Source of the DNA: a virus
Taxonomy: Duplodnaviria; Caudoviricetes
Virus record (IMG/VR): IMGVR_UViG_3300032335_000942
Location: 1 to 41,046 of that record
Length of the DNA: 41,046 nucleotides
Direction: 5' to 3' (one strand)
Below, in pieces: positions 16,429 through 24,992 of this stretch. The position numbers were made by a program, and so were the translations under genes. Within the stretch, counting starts at the first letter, position 1. Every line of letters starts with the position of its first letter. The notes under the pieces were generated by a model. It saw nothing but the letters and a program-made list of their open reading frames with translations, was not told the DNA's origin and made no database searches.

Positions 16429-17850
16429 ATGATTCGCAAACTCATCTCTCTGGTCGCAGTCGCCTTGTCCTCCGTCGCGATCGCGCAACCGTGCGCGGAC
16501 GTCGACTTCAATAACGACGGGGTCTTCCCCAGCGACCAAGACACGATCGACTTCGTCAACGTCCTCGCGGGGGCGGAGTGCGCGACCTGCGACGGCATCG
16601 ACTTCAATGGCGACGGCGTCTTTCCCGACGACGCGGACTACCGGGACTGGCTGGCAACGCGGGCTGGCGGTCCCTGCAGCAATGGCGGATGGACTCCGAA
16701 CCTCACCCCCGGACCGACGATCACGGTCGGCCCCGGCGACAGCCTGCAGGCGGCCTACCAATCGCTTCGGTGGTCGGGCGGGACGATCCTGCTCCCGTAC
16801 TCGTCCCGCCCCGGCGGGGTCTACAACGAGACGGTTCGGTGGGACGACCAAGACGGCATGCCGTATGGCAACGTGGCAGTCGTGGGCGTTCCAAGCGACC
16901 TCGGCGAGCGACCGACGATCAAGCCCCCGTCGACTTCGAGCGCGGGCTTTCGGCTGTCGGCCCCCGGGATCTCGATTCGCGGCATCCAGATCGAATGCGA
17001 TCACTGCGAGGCTGGCATTGACATCACGGGTGGCGGCGGAACTCTGATCGAAGACGTCGTGATCGTCGGCTCGGCGATCGGCATCCGGATCCAAGGCGAC
17101 AACACGAACGGCGGAGAGGTCCGGATCCGGCGCTGCGTCATCACGAAGACGCGCGGGGTCGTCTCACATTCGCAGGGCATCTACATCGCGGGCTGGAAGC
17201 ATCTCGTCCTTGTCGAAGGCTGCGTCTTCTACGACATCGGCGAGGAGACGACCTTCAACCAATGCATCTACTCGGTGCATGGTCCCGGCGAGCGAATCTT
17301 CACGGACAACTGGTTCAAGGACCCGGGCTTCGCGGGGATCCAAGCGCGGGGATCGACGGGCGACTACACGATCCGCAATAACGTGTTCGACGAGTGTGGC
17401 AACGCGATCGGGGTCGGCCATCCGATGGGCGCGGCCTACGTCGTTCGCGGGATCGTGGCAAACAACCTCGTGATGAATCCCAAGCGACCGTTCTGGGGTA
17501 TCGCGCTGCAGAATGGGGACGGCGTCCTTGTGACAGGGAACTTCCTGCTGTCGAACGGCGGGGGGTACGCGTTCCAGATCGAGAACCCGTCGCGGTCAAT
17601 CGTCGTCAAGGGGAACACGATCTCACGATGGGAGAAGGTTCGCAACTACGCTCGCGGGGTGTCGGCTACGACTGACGGGATCGATTGGCAAGGCGACGAG
17701 GTCGCGGCGAAGCAGGCTCCGGCTGTCAATTGGCAGGCGCTGCTCTCCCGGCGGGCTGGGGTATGGGTCGAGGCTACTCACGGGACGGGGGCGACGATCG
17801 AGATGGCTCGGCAGGAAGCCCGGCTCATCGAGCGATGGACGATGCGTTAG
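16429..17850 (+). CDS. Secreted protein: signal peptide + paired DxNxDG dockerin-like (Phycisphaerae GC-type) module + right-handed beta-helix (pectin-lyase-like)
   Basis: MIRKLISLVAVALSSVAIA-Q; CADVDFNNDG...CDGIDFNGDG...GGPC; VGPGDSLQAA; beta-helix repeats (IRNNVF, VANNLV, VTGNFL, VKGNTI); RBS AAGGAG. Confidence 0.75.
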   Translation: MIRKLISLVAVALSSVAIAQPCADVDFNNDGVFPSDQDTIDFVNVLAGAECATCDGIDFNGDGVFPDDADYRDWLATRAGGPCSNGGWTPNLTPGPTITVGPGDSLQAAYQSLRWSGGTILLPYSSRPGGVYNETVRWDDQDGMPYGNVAVVGVPSDLGERPTIKPPSTSSAGFRLSAPGISIRGIQIECDHCEAGIDITGGGGTLIEDVVIVGSAIGIRIQGDNTNGGEVRIRRCVITKTRGVVSHSQGIYIAGWKHLVLVEGCVFYDIGEETTFNQCIYSVHGPGERIFTDNWFKDPGFAGIQARGSTGDYTIRNNVFDECGNAIGVGHPMGAAYVVRGIVANNLVMNPKRPFWGIALQNGDGVLVTGNFLLSNGGGYAFQIENPSRSIVVKGNTISRWEKVRNYARGVSATTDGIDWQGDEVAAKQAPAVNWQALLSRRAGVWVEATHGTGATIEMARQEARLIERWTMR

Positions 17851-18043
17851 AAACCCGCGATTTGAAGACGCGGAAGACTCGCCCCGTTCCGATTTCTTGA
17901 AGTTCGAACCAGAGACCGTCGCTCACGGACGAGTTCCTCGAATTGAGAATCTTCCCGGTCCGATCGATACCGGCCTGAGTGAAGGTCACGACGTCTCCGG
18001 GGAGATTGGTAAGAACAAGTCTTGCGGGTTGAATCTTTGCCAT
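17825..18043 (-). CDS. Small hypothetical early protein
   Basis: RBS AAGGAG then MAKIQPARL; 3' end overlaps the convergent gene by 26 bp. Confidence 0.5.
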   Translation of the reverse strand: MAKIQPARLVLTNLPGDVVTFTQAGIDRTGKILNSRNSSVSDGLWFELQEIGTGRVFRVFKSRVSNASSIAR

Positions 18044-18073
18044 TGTTCGGACTCCTTGTTTGTGGACCAATCG

Positions 18074-18100
18074 GCCCCCGGATCTTTCGACCCGGGGGGC
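18074..18100 (-). other. GC-rich RNA hairpin with GAAA tetraloop between two leftward genes
   Basis: Minus strand CCCCCGGGTC-GAAA-GATCCGGGGG; no U-tract. Confidence 0.5.
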
Positions 18101-18112
18101 GGGGGGCGGGGA

Positions 18113-18394
18113 TCAGCATACTGCTACGCGTTCGATCTCGGTCTTCAATTCGTGAACCATTGAGTTCGTGGCGCACACCCCGCCCCGGCGGGTCACTCCG
18201 TAAACAAAACCCGCGACCGTCGTTGCAATCTCCCAGCGTCTTTCGGGCTCATCGTTCCGGGCGAATTCAATCGTGCATCCCTCGATCATTCCCGCCCCGG
18301 GGTATCGCACGGCTATGGTCGCTCCGTCGACGGTCGCGGCGATCGTGATCTCTGCGTTGTTGGCCCCGTCGATTACGGTCTTCTTGATCTGCAT
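18113..18394 (-). CDS. Small hypothetical early protein
   Basis: Leader AAAGGACCCAGCC-ATG; first gene after the leftward promoter. Confidence 0.6.
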   Translation of the reverse strand: MQIKKTVIDGANNAEITIAATVDGATIAVRYPGAGMIEGCTIEFARNDEPERRWEIATTVAGFVYGVTRRGGVCATNSMVHELKTEIERVAVC

Positions 18395-18448
18395 GGCTGG
18401 GTCCTTTCGTTCGTGGTCGTTGTCGTCGGTACGTTCCGGCGATGACAC

Positions 18449-18478
18449 AAGATAGTCCCGATGTCGGGACTACGCAAG
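18449..18478 (-). promoter_or_regulatory. Leftward sigma70-type promoter with palindromic operator
   Basis: Minus strand TTGCGT-N17-TATCTT; TAGTCCCG-N4-CGGGACTA spans the spacer. Confidence 0.7.
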
Positions 18479-18591
18479 GGCTTTTGCAGGAAAATCTGAC
18501 AATTCCGTAAGATCGCTCCCGGGACTGCCGATAGTAGGAACGGCTTCGCGGACGGGACGGTTCCCGGCAAGCGAAGCCCGGGAGTACGAAG

Positions 18592-18813
18592 ATGGCTATT
18601 TCAACGCAGGTTCTGTTCTTTGTGGGCGCAAAGTCGGCGGCGGGGCGGGTCCGGGTCGAGGTATTCGAGGACGCGGCGGTCGCGGCGGTCCACTACCAGA
18701 CGCTTCGACTGACGGGCTTCACGGGGCGGACGCTGCTAGGACGCGGGCTCCCCGGGGACGACCGGACGGCGGTTGTCGCGAAGGCGACCCGGTTTCTGGC
18801 CGAAAAGAAATAG
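18592..18813 (+). CDS. Small hypothetical protein between the divergent promoters
   Basis: 73 aa ORF with RBS GGGAG. Confidence 0.5.
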   Translation: MAISTQVLFFVGAKSAAGRVRVEVFEDAAVAAVHYQTLRLTGFTGRTLLGRGLPGDDRTAVVAKATRFLAEKK

Positions 18814-18835
18814 TCGAGATTTTGAGGCATAAGGA

Positions 18836-18865
18836 CTTGCGTAGTCCCGCCATCGGGACTATCTT
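18836..18865 (+). promoter_or_regulatory. Rightward sigma70-type promoter with palindromic operator (29/30 inverted copy of 18449-18478)
   Basis: TTGCGT-N17-TATCTT; TAGTCCCG-CCAT-CGGGACTA. Confidence 0.7.
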
Positions 18866-18911
18866 ACTCACGCGGACGGGACGGACCCGGACGCACAAAA
18901 GGAACCCAGCC

Positions 18912-19136
18912 ATGACGAGCCTGAAGACCCTGACCGACGCAGCCAAGAACGCACAAACGACCCTCGGCCTCAAGTACCGCCCGGTTGTGATCCGCAGCGA
19001 AGAGATCGCCTTCAGCATCGCCAACAGCACGAAGGCTGGAACCGTGATGCTCGGCGAAGGAGCCTATTGGGTGGTTTGCCTCGCGGACGCGGAACGGCTC
19101 GACCGGGCTGGCTACGAATGGGCTCCGCGCTGCTGA
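18912..19136 (+). CDS. Small hypothetical early protein
   Basis: Leader AAAAGGAACCCAGCC-ATG; C-term YWVVCLADAERLDRAGYEWA. Confidence 0.6.
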   Translation: MTSLKTLTDAAKNAQTTLGLKYRPVVIRSEEIAFSIANSTKAGTVMLGEGAYWVVCLADAERLDRAGYEWAPRC

Positions 19137-19239
19137 ATAGCGGACCGGGTTGCGGGAACGCAACCGGGACCGATTCCCGTCGGAACTACCCGACACCGAC
19201 CCGGCGGACCCGGGAGTCTCTCGCAGAAGGAACGCAACG

Positions 19240-20385
19240 ATGACGAACGACATTAACCTCTCCGGCTCAAACCAAAAACTCGCGGACGGCGCTCGCGGCG
19301 ACGTCATCCCGGTCAAGATCGAGACGGTCCAGAACTACGACCCGGCGGAGTTCGGCGGAGCCCGGACGATCACGGAGATGCGGACGAACCATCTGGTAAC
19401 GACCAAGGACCGGCTCGGCGCGTACATGACCAAAGGCTGGCACGGGCTCGGCGAGGTCGTTGAGGACGGCTTCTCGGGCGAGGACGCGGTTCGCAAGTTC
19501 CTGCCTTGGTCGATCGAGCGAATCCAGTCGTCGATCGAGATCGACGGGGTCCGCAAGCCCCTCCCGGTTTGGGCGAACGTCCGCAGCGACACGCGGGAGA
19601 TCCTCGGTGTGGTCGGCCCCGAGTACACCCCGGTCCAGAACCTTGACCTCGGCAAGTTCGCGGACGCGATGGTCGGGGCGGACGCGGCGGTACAGATGGA
19701 GACTTGTGGATCGCTTCTCGGCGGACGCAAGGTCTTCCTGCTGGTGCGAGTCCCCCGGGAGATCCGGGTCGGCAAACACGGCGACGACGTCTCGGTGCCT
19801 TTCCTGCTCCTCGCGAACGGACACGACGGGACGATGGCGATGACGGTCCTTTGGACGATCGAACGAGTCGTTTGTGCGAACTCGTACACGAGGGCGCTGG
19901 GCGCGGTGCGCGGCTCGCTCGCGGAGGGGACAGCCTTCCGGATCAAGCACATCGGCGACGTCGCGGGACAACTCGAAGAAGCCCGGCGGGTCCTCGGGAT
20001 CGCGGCATCGGGGCTCACGCAGTACGAAGAACAAGCCCGGGCGCTGGCGGCTCACTCCAAACCGATCTCGGCGATCGAGGAGTACTTCGGCTCGGTCTTT
20101 GCGGCACAGTTCGGCGGGAAGCCCGAGGACGACCTCGACGCTACGGCTTGGGAGATTCGGCGGGACAAGATCGTCGGCGAGTGGAAGGCTCTGCTGGACG
20201 CGGAGACGAACACCATCGACGGGATCGGCGGGACGATGTGGGCGGCGCTCAACGCGGTAACGGAATGGACCGACCACAAACGCTCCCCCGGCATCAAGGG
20301 CGATCGGCGGGACCATCTGAAGGTCCTCGGGGCGGGAGCGACGGCGAAGAGGAACGCGATGCAGTTGGCGCTCGCGGCGATCTGA
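19240..20385 (+). CDS. DUF932-family phage/plasmid protein
   Basis: WHGLG, VRSDT..ILGVVG..Y.PVQN, ETCGSL.GGRKVF, LLLANGHDG, RVVCANS, GTMWAALNAVTEW.DH. Confidence 0.85.
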   Translation: MTNDINLSGSNQKLADGARGDVIPVKIETVQNYDPAEFGGARTITEMRTNHLVTTKDRLGAYMTKGWHGLGEVVEDGFSGEDAVRKFLPWSIERIQSSIEIDGVRKPLPVWANVRSDTREILGVVGPEYTPVQNLDLGKFADAMVGADAAVQMETCGSLLGGRKVFLLVRVPREIRVGKHGDDVSVPFLLLANGHDGTMAMTVLWTIERVVCANSYTRALGAVRGSLAEGTAFRIKHIGDVAGQLEEARRVLGIAASGLTQYEEQARALAAHSKPISAIEEYFGSVFAAQFGGKPEDDLDATAWEIRRDKIVGEWKALLDAETNTIDGIGGTMWAALNAVTEWTDHKRSPGIKGDRRDHLKVLGAGATAKRNAMQLALAAI

Positions 20386-20430
20386 AAACCTGACCCCGGG
20401 ACGGGAGGACTGAAAAGTTCTCCCGGTCTC

Positions 20431-20459
20431 TTGATCTCGCTAACGGGATGGGATACGTT
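20431..20459 (+). promoter_or_regulatory. Putative sigma70 promoter
   Basis: TTGATC-N17-TACGTT followed by CGCGGACG, which also follows the 18836 promoter. Confidence 0.4.
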
Positions 20460-20563
20460 TCGCGGACGCAGGCGGGACGTACCGCAGGCGATACTCGGTC
20501 GTATTCGTCCCCGGTCGCGTTGACCGTGGGACAACTTGGCAGCAAAAGAAGAAGGAACACGCT

Positions 20564-21289
20564 ATGCAAATCGACCCGCACGAAATTACCCTCCGGCAAT
20601 CCCGATCTGACGTCGGCAGCGAATTTGAAACGCGGCTCGCTCCCGCCCCCGACGTCATCGGCGAGACGCTCATTCGCCAGTCGACGATCGCGTCGGTCCG
20701 GATGCTTCTGGAGATCCGCGACCTTGCGACGGAGGCTGTTCATCAAGGCAAGCGCGGCGAGCATCCGGCGCTCCAGAAGGCTCTTGGGATCACCGACGAG
20801 ATGATCTCCGAGCGACCGGGGGATGTGACGGGACTGGTTCTGGTCTCCGGGTCGGAGCGGCCTGATGGCTACAAGATCGACCTCGTGCGATCGGTCGAGT
20901 TGTACCGGGATCGCAAGCGCGTCAGCCTTCCCCTCCTCCTCGTTCCTTTGCAGCGGATGTTCCTGACGATCGTTTTCCGCAGCGACGACGCGACGACAGA
21001 GACGGTCATTGGTCACAGCGAGGTCGTCGGCCCCCGGGCGGTTGACGAGATCAAGACGACTGGCTTCTTCCCGAAACTGAAACTCTCGCCCCTCGCGGCT
21101 GGCTGCACGACATGCCACATGCCGATCGGCCCGGGCGAAAAACCAGCAGTCGAAGAGACTGAGCAGTCGGCGGACGGATCGCCCCGGCGATGGAAATGCA
21201 TGCGGTGCGTGATGGCGGGACTGACGGCGAAGACGGAGGACCCGGAGGACCCGGAGAAGTTCGACGAAGCGACCGGACCGATGCCATAA
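20564..21289 (+). CDS. Hypothetical protein with C-terminal CxxC...CxxC zinc ribbon
   Basis: CTTC and CMRC; RBS AGAAGGAA. Confidence 0.6.
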   Translation: MQIDPHEITLRQSRSDVGSEFETRLAPAPDVIGETLIRQSTIASVRMLLEIRDLATEAVHQGKRGEHPALQKALGITDEMISERPGDVTGLVLVSGSERPDGYKIDLVRSVELYRDRKRVSLPLLLVPLQRMFLTIVFRSDDATTETVIGHSEVVGPRAVDEIKTTGFFPKLKLSPLAAGCTTCHMPIGPGEKPAVEETEQSADGSPRRWKCMRCVMAGLTAKTEDPEDPEKFDEATGPMP

Positions 21290-21317
21290 AAAAACCCCGG
21301 GGCGGTTAATCCCGGGG
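21288..21317 (-). terminator. Intrinsic terminator with U-tract on the minus strand (possibly bidirectional)
   Basis: A7 then CCCCGGG-loop-CCCGGGG. Confidence 0.55.
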
Positions 21318-21381
21318 CTGAGAAGAAAGAAACTCCGACGCGACAAGTAACGATAGGCAAGTCTCTTCAAGGAATACAGCA

Positions 21382-21612
21382 ATGGCGAAGAAGATCAAGG
21401 CGAAGAAGTCGGTTGGGGGCGGCGTGATCCGCGCGGCAATCGTGAACGAGGTCAAAGCCCGGGGGCTGACCGGATACCAGATGGTGGGACTGCTCGAAGG
21501 CAAGGTCTCGCGGACGGCAGTCTACCGATTCCTCTCCGACGGCGGGACGACTGACATCGCGACGGCGGAGGCATTCTTCAACGTCCTCGACCTGACGGTC
21601 GTCAAGAAGTGA
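21382..21612 (+). CDS. Small Cro/XRE-like HTH transcription regulator
   Basis: RGLTGYQMVGLLEGKVSRTAVYRFLSDG...ATAEAFFNVLDL. Confidence 0.7.
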   Translation: MAKKIKAKKSVGGGVIRAAIVNEVKARGLTGYQMVGLLEGKVSRTAVYRFLSDGGTTDIATAEAFFNVLDLTVVKK

Positions 21613-21680
21613 ACACGCTCCCGGGCTCGGAAGGTCCCGGGATCGCTTTCGGACAGCAGAGAAGAAGAAGGAACCAAGAC

Positions 21681-23396
21681 ATGGCAACTGTGAGAATCTC
21701 CCTCGAAGGGGGACGGATCGTCGTCGCATCGCCTTTCTCGTACAAGGACGTCCTCGGGACGGTCCCGACCCGGGAATGGAACCCCCGCAAGATCGTCTGG
21801 TGTTTTGACCCGTCTCCATGGGTCGCTCTCCGGCTCATCACGGCGCTCACTTCCCCGGCATTCAATCGCGGCGACTCGCTTGTCATCGACGACGTCGTCC
21901 GGGCTCTTGCCAAGGACGCAGTCCCGATCGAGGACGCTTCGTATCCGTACCGGGAGACGGGGATCGTGAAGTCGATCGGCTCGCGGTTCGCGCCTTGGCG
22001 ACACCAGTTCATCGGCTCGCGGCTCATACGAACGCTCCCGGCGGTATACCTCGCATGGGAGATGGGGACAGGCAAGACCAAGGGAGTGATTGACGCGATC
22101 CTCGACCTTCATGCTGGCGGCCCCCGCAAGGTCCTGATCGTCTCCCCGGCTTCGGTTGTGGAAGTGTGGGAGCGAGAAGTCGGCAAGCATGTCGAGGACT
22201 CGGACCTGCGGTTCGTCGTCGCGGCTTCGCGCAACCGGCAAACCAAGAAGCGAGTCGACCTCGCGAAGTGGGCGATCGCGGCGGCGGCGGAGGCTGGCAA
22301 GACGGCGATCGTCGTCACGAACTACGAGTCCTTCGTCCTCGACGGCTCCCCGTTCCTCAAGTTCGCGGAGGCGGTTCGGTGGGACCTGCTAGTCGCGGAC
22401 GAAGCCCACAGGCTCTCAACCCCCGGCTCGAAGACGTCGCGGGCGCTCACGAACCGGGTCGGCCCCCGCGCGGCCCGGCGCGTCTGCCTCTCGGGGACCC
22501 CCATGCGGAACTCCCCGATGGACCTGTACTCGCAGTGCAAATTCCTTGACCCCGGGATCTTCGGCTCGAACCAGAAGCAGTTCCTCGAACGCTACGCAGT
22601 CCTCGACTTCTTCGGGAACGTCGTCGGCCAGCAGAACACGGAGGAACTTGCGACCCGGTTCGGGCTCGTCGCGCACAGAGTCGACAAGCGATCGGTCCTT
22701 GACCTTCCCCCCGTCACGATCGTCACGCGGCGGTTTGATCTCTCGGAAGACGCGATGAAGATCTACCGGACCTTTGAAGAGGACCTCTCGGTGCAGGTCG
22801 GCAAGGGGGAGGTCAAGGCTTCAAACGCGCTCGTCTCGCTCCTCCGGGCTCAGCAGATGACCTCGGGGTACGTCCCGGTCGAGGACGAGGAGGGGGCTGG
22901 ACGGATCGAAGAGATCGACGGCGGGAAGCGCAACGAACTCTCCGAGATCATCGACGGGATCCGAGGCGACGAGCCCGTGATCGTCTTCTGCAGGTTCCGC
23001 TACGACCTCGACTCGGTGAGGCAGGTCGCAAAGGAGAAGGGGCGGGGATACTTCGAGTTGTCCGGGCGGGTCAACGAACTCCGGGCTTGGCAGACGGATA
23101 CCACAGGGGGCGTGATCGGGATTCAGATACAGTCGGGGGGTGTGGGCGTCGACGGGACGCGGGCTTCGTACGCGGTCTTTTACTCGACCGGCTTCTCGCT
23201 CTCGGACTACGAGCAGGCTTGTGCGCGGCTCGATCGCCCGGGGCAGACGCGGCCTGTAACGATCTCAAACCTCGTCGCTCGCGGGACGGTGGACGAGGCG
23301 GTGTTCGGCTCGATCGGAGCGAAGAAGAACGTCGTCGAGGGCGTCCTCGACTATCTACGAGGCTCGAAGAAGAACGGAGGAACGAGCAATGGCTAG
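21681..23396 (+). CDS. SNF2-family helicase
   Basis: WEMGTGKT, TNYES, ADEAH, LSGTP, GGVGVD, QACARLDRPGQ. Confidence 0.9.
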   Translation: MATVRISLEGGRIVVASPFSYKDVLGTVPTREWNPRKIVWCFDPSPWVALRLITALTSPAFNRGDSLVIDDVVRALAKDAVPIEDASYPYRETGIVKSIGSRFAPWRHQFIGSRLIRTLPAVYLAWEMGTGKTKGVIDAILDLHAGGPRKVLIVSPASVVEVWEREVGKHVEDSDLRFVVAASRNRQTKKRVDLAKWAIAAAAEAGKTAIVVTNYESFVLDGSPFLKFAEAVRWDLLVADEAHRLSTPGSKTSRALTNRVGPRAARRVCLSGTPMRNSPMDLYSQCKFLDPGIFGSNQKQFLERYAVLDFFGNVVGQQNTEELATRFGLVAHRVDKRSVLDLPPVTIVTRRFDLSEDAMKIYRTFEEDLSVQVGKGEVKASNALVSLLRAQQMTSGYVPVEDEEGAGRIEEIDGGKRNELSEIIDGIRGDEPVIVFCRFRYDLDSVRQVAKEKGRGYFELSGRVNELRAWQTDTTGGVIGIQIQSGGVGVDGTRASYAVFYSTGFSLSDYEQACARLDRPGQTRPVTISNLVARGTVDEAVFGSIGAKKNVVEGVLDYLRGSKKNGGTSNG

Positions 23397-24051
23397 GCAA
23401 GGGACGAAGAAGTTCGATCGGTGGGAGTTCCGGGTCGAGGCGCGAGTCTTCGGAGTCGACGTCTACATAATCCGGCCTCTCTCGGAACGGTCGACGGAGA
23501 AGACGCGCTTCCGGGCGGAGAACAAGGAACTCGAACTCCGAATCGAGAACACGGATATCGACGTCCTCCGTCGCGAGGCGAAGGCGTTCGTCGAGAACGC
23601 GGGGAAGTCGGTCTGGGAGCGATGGATCCGCTACAACGTCGACTCGCGTCCTCTCGACCGGGAGCGAGGGACGACCCGGGTCGGCTTAGAGATCTCGTGG
23701 TCGATTATCGAGAGGACGAATATCGGGACGACCGGGGAACGCTGGCGGGACGTCGAGCGAGACGGACCCGTTCCGACCTACGGGAGGATCGACAAGGGAA
23801 GCCCACCGTCGGGCTTTATCCCTCGTTGGAACGGAAGAGAGTCGACGACGGAGTTCGCGGGCTCCGTCCCGTTCTCGAAAGAGGCGATCGACGGACTCGA
23901 AGCGATCGCGATGGGGATGGAAGGTCTTTACGCGGCGCTCGGGCGATACCTAAACGACCCGAAGAAGGTCGACCCCGCGAAGTGGCTCTCCGACATAAGT
24001 CGATCGGGCGCTCCGATGCTCCCGGCGGGAACGAAAGAGAGGAAGAAGTGA
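23389..24051 (+). CDS. Hypothetical protein
   Basis: RBS GGAGG; translationally coupled at both ends. Confidence 0.6.
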   Translation: MARQGTKKFDRWEFRVEARVFGVDVYIIRPLSERSTEKTRFRAENKELELRIENTDIDVLRREAKAFVENAGKSVWERWIRYNVDSRPLDRERGTTRVGLEISWSIIERTNIGTTGERWRDVERDGPVPTYGRIDKGSPPSGFIPRWNGRESTTEFAGSVPFSKEAIDGLEAIAMGMEGLYAALGRYLNDPKKVDPAKWLSDISRSGAPMLPAGTKERKK

Positions 24052-24905
24052 CGAAGAACGAACGGAAGGTCGCGGCGGTCGCGCAGTGGCACGGATCCTG
24101 CCGCGCGTCCTGCGAGAGGATCGGAGCGAAACTCGGAGATCTCGTCTGGTGTGGAGTCCCGTTCGCGGGCGGTATGCCAGAACTCCCGTACATCCGGGCG
24201 AGGACGGGGATCGCGAACGATCTCCACAGACATCTGATCAACCTCGCCAAAGTGATCCGGTCCCGACCAAGCGACCTCATCGAGAGGCTCGACGCGATGG
24301 TCTTCCATGGTGATGAACTTGCCGAGGCGCAGAACTACTGCAGGAAGAGAGAAGTCGTGATCGAGGGCAATTTGTACGGATACAAAGTTCCTCCGATCCC
24401 GGCGAACGGCAACCTCGACTGGGCAGTCGCGTACTTCGTCGCGGCTTGGATGACGCGCGGAGGCAACGCGGGGACGAAGAAGGAGTTCGCGTCCGGGCTC
24501 TCGGTTCGCTTCTCCGGCGGCGGCGGCGGGAGCGCCGTCCGGTTCCGGTCGGCGATCGATTCGATCCTCGGCTGGTCTCGCGTCCTCGATCGGTGGGAGT
24601 TCTCGACGCTCGACGTCTTCGAGTTCCTCGACAAGGTCGAGGACTCGCCGAAGGTCGGTCTCTACCTCGACCCCCCGTGGCCGACGCTCGGGAAGAACTA
24701 CGCGCATGGCGTCGATGACGGCTTCCACAAGCGACTGCACGACCGGCTGGCGGACTTCCGGTCGGTGCGGATCGTCATCCGCTACGGCGTGCATCCGATC
24801 ATCGACGGGCTCTACAAGAACCGTTCGTGGACGCGGGACGAATCGACGACCCGCAACTCGGGGAACAACGACGTCGCGGAAGTAATTCTGTCGCGGCGGT
24901 GCTAG
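24048..24905 (+). CDS. Divergent Dam-like (alpha-class) DNA adenine methyltransferase
   Basis: GTGA-coupled start; W.GS, VPFAGG (motif I), ANDL..LINL, YLDPPW (motif IV), terminal EVIL. Confidence 0.75.
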   Translation: MTKNERKVAAVAQWHGSCRASCERIGAKLGDLVWCGVPFAGGMPELPYIRARTGIANDLHRHLINLAKVIRSRPSDLIERLDAMVFHGDELAEAQNYCRKREVVIEGNLYGYKVPPIPANGNLDWAVAYFVAAWMTRGGNAGTKKEFASGLSVRFSGGGGGSAVRFRSAIDSILGWSRVLDRWEFSTLDVFEFLDKVEDSPKVGLYLDPPWPTLGKNYAHGVDDGFHKRLHDRLADFRSVRIVIRYGVHPIIDGLYKNRSWTRDESTTRNSGNNDVAEVILSRRC

Positions 24906-24992
24906 AAAAGTATCGCGGGCGGTACTACCGTCCGCGAGACGGGGATGAACTCAGGACCGGCGTCCCCCCGGTCGTAGAAGAAAGGAACGAAC

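Noticed and set aside
18449-18865. Inverted repeats as IS/MITE ends or a dedicated invertase switch
   Set aside because: No transposase or site-specific recombinase is present and no target duplication is seen. The repeats fit promoter geometry exactly.
23421-24047. N-terminal 209 aa of the 494-aa ORF 23421-24905
   Set aside because: It overlaps the real gene 23389-24051 in another frame and is Arg/Gly-rich noise. The MTase starts at the coupled GTG 24048.
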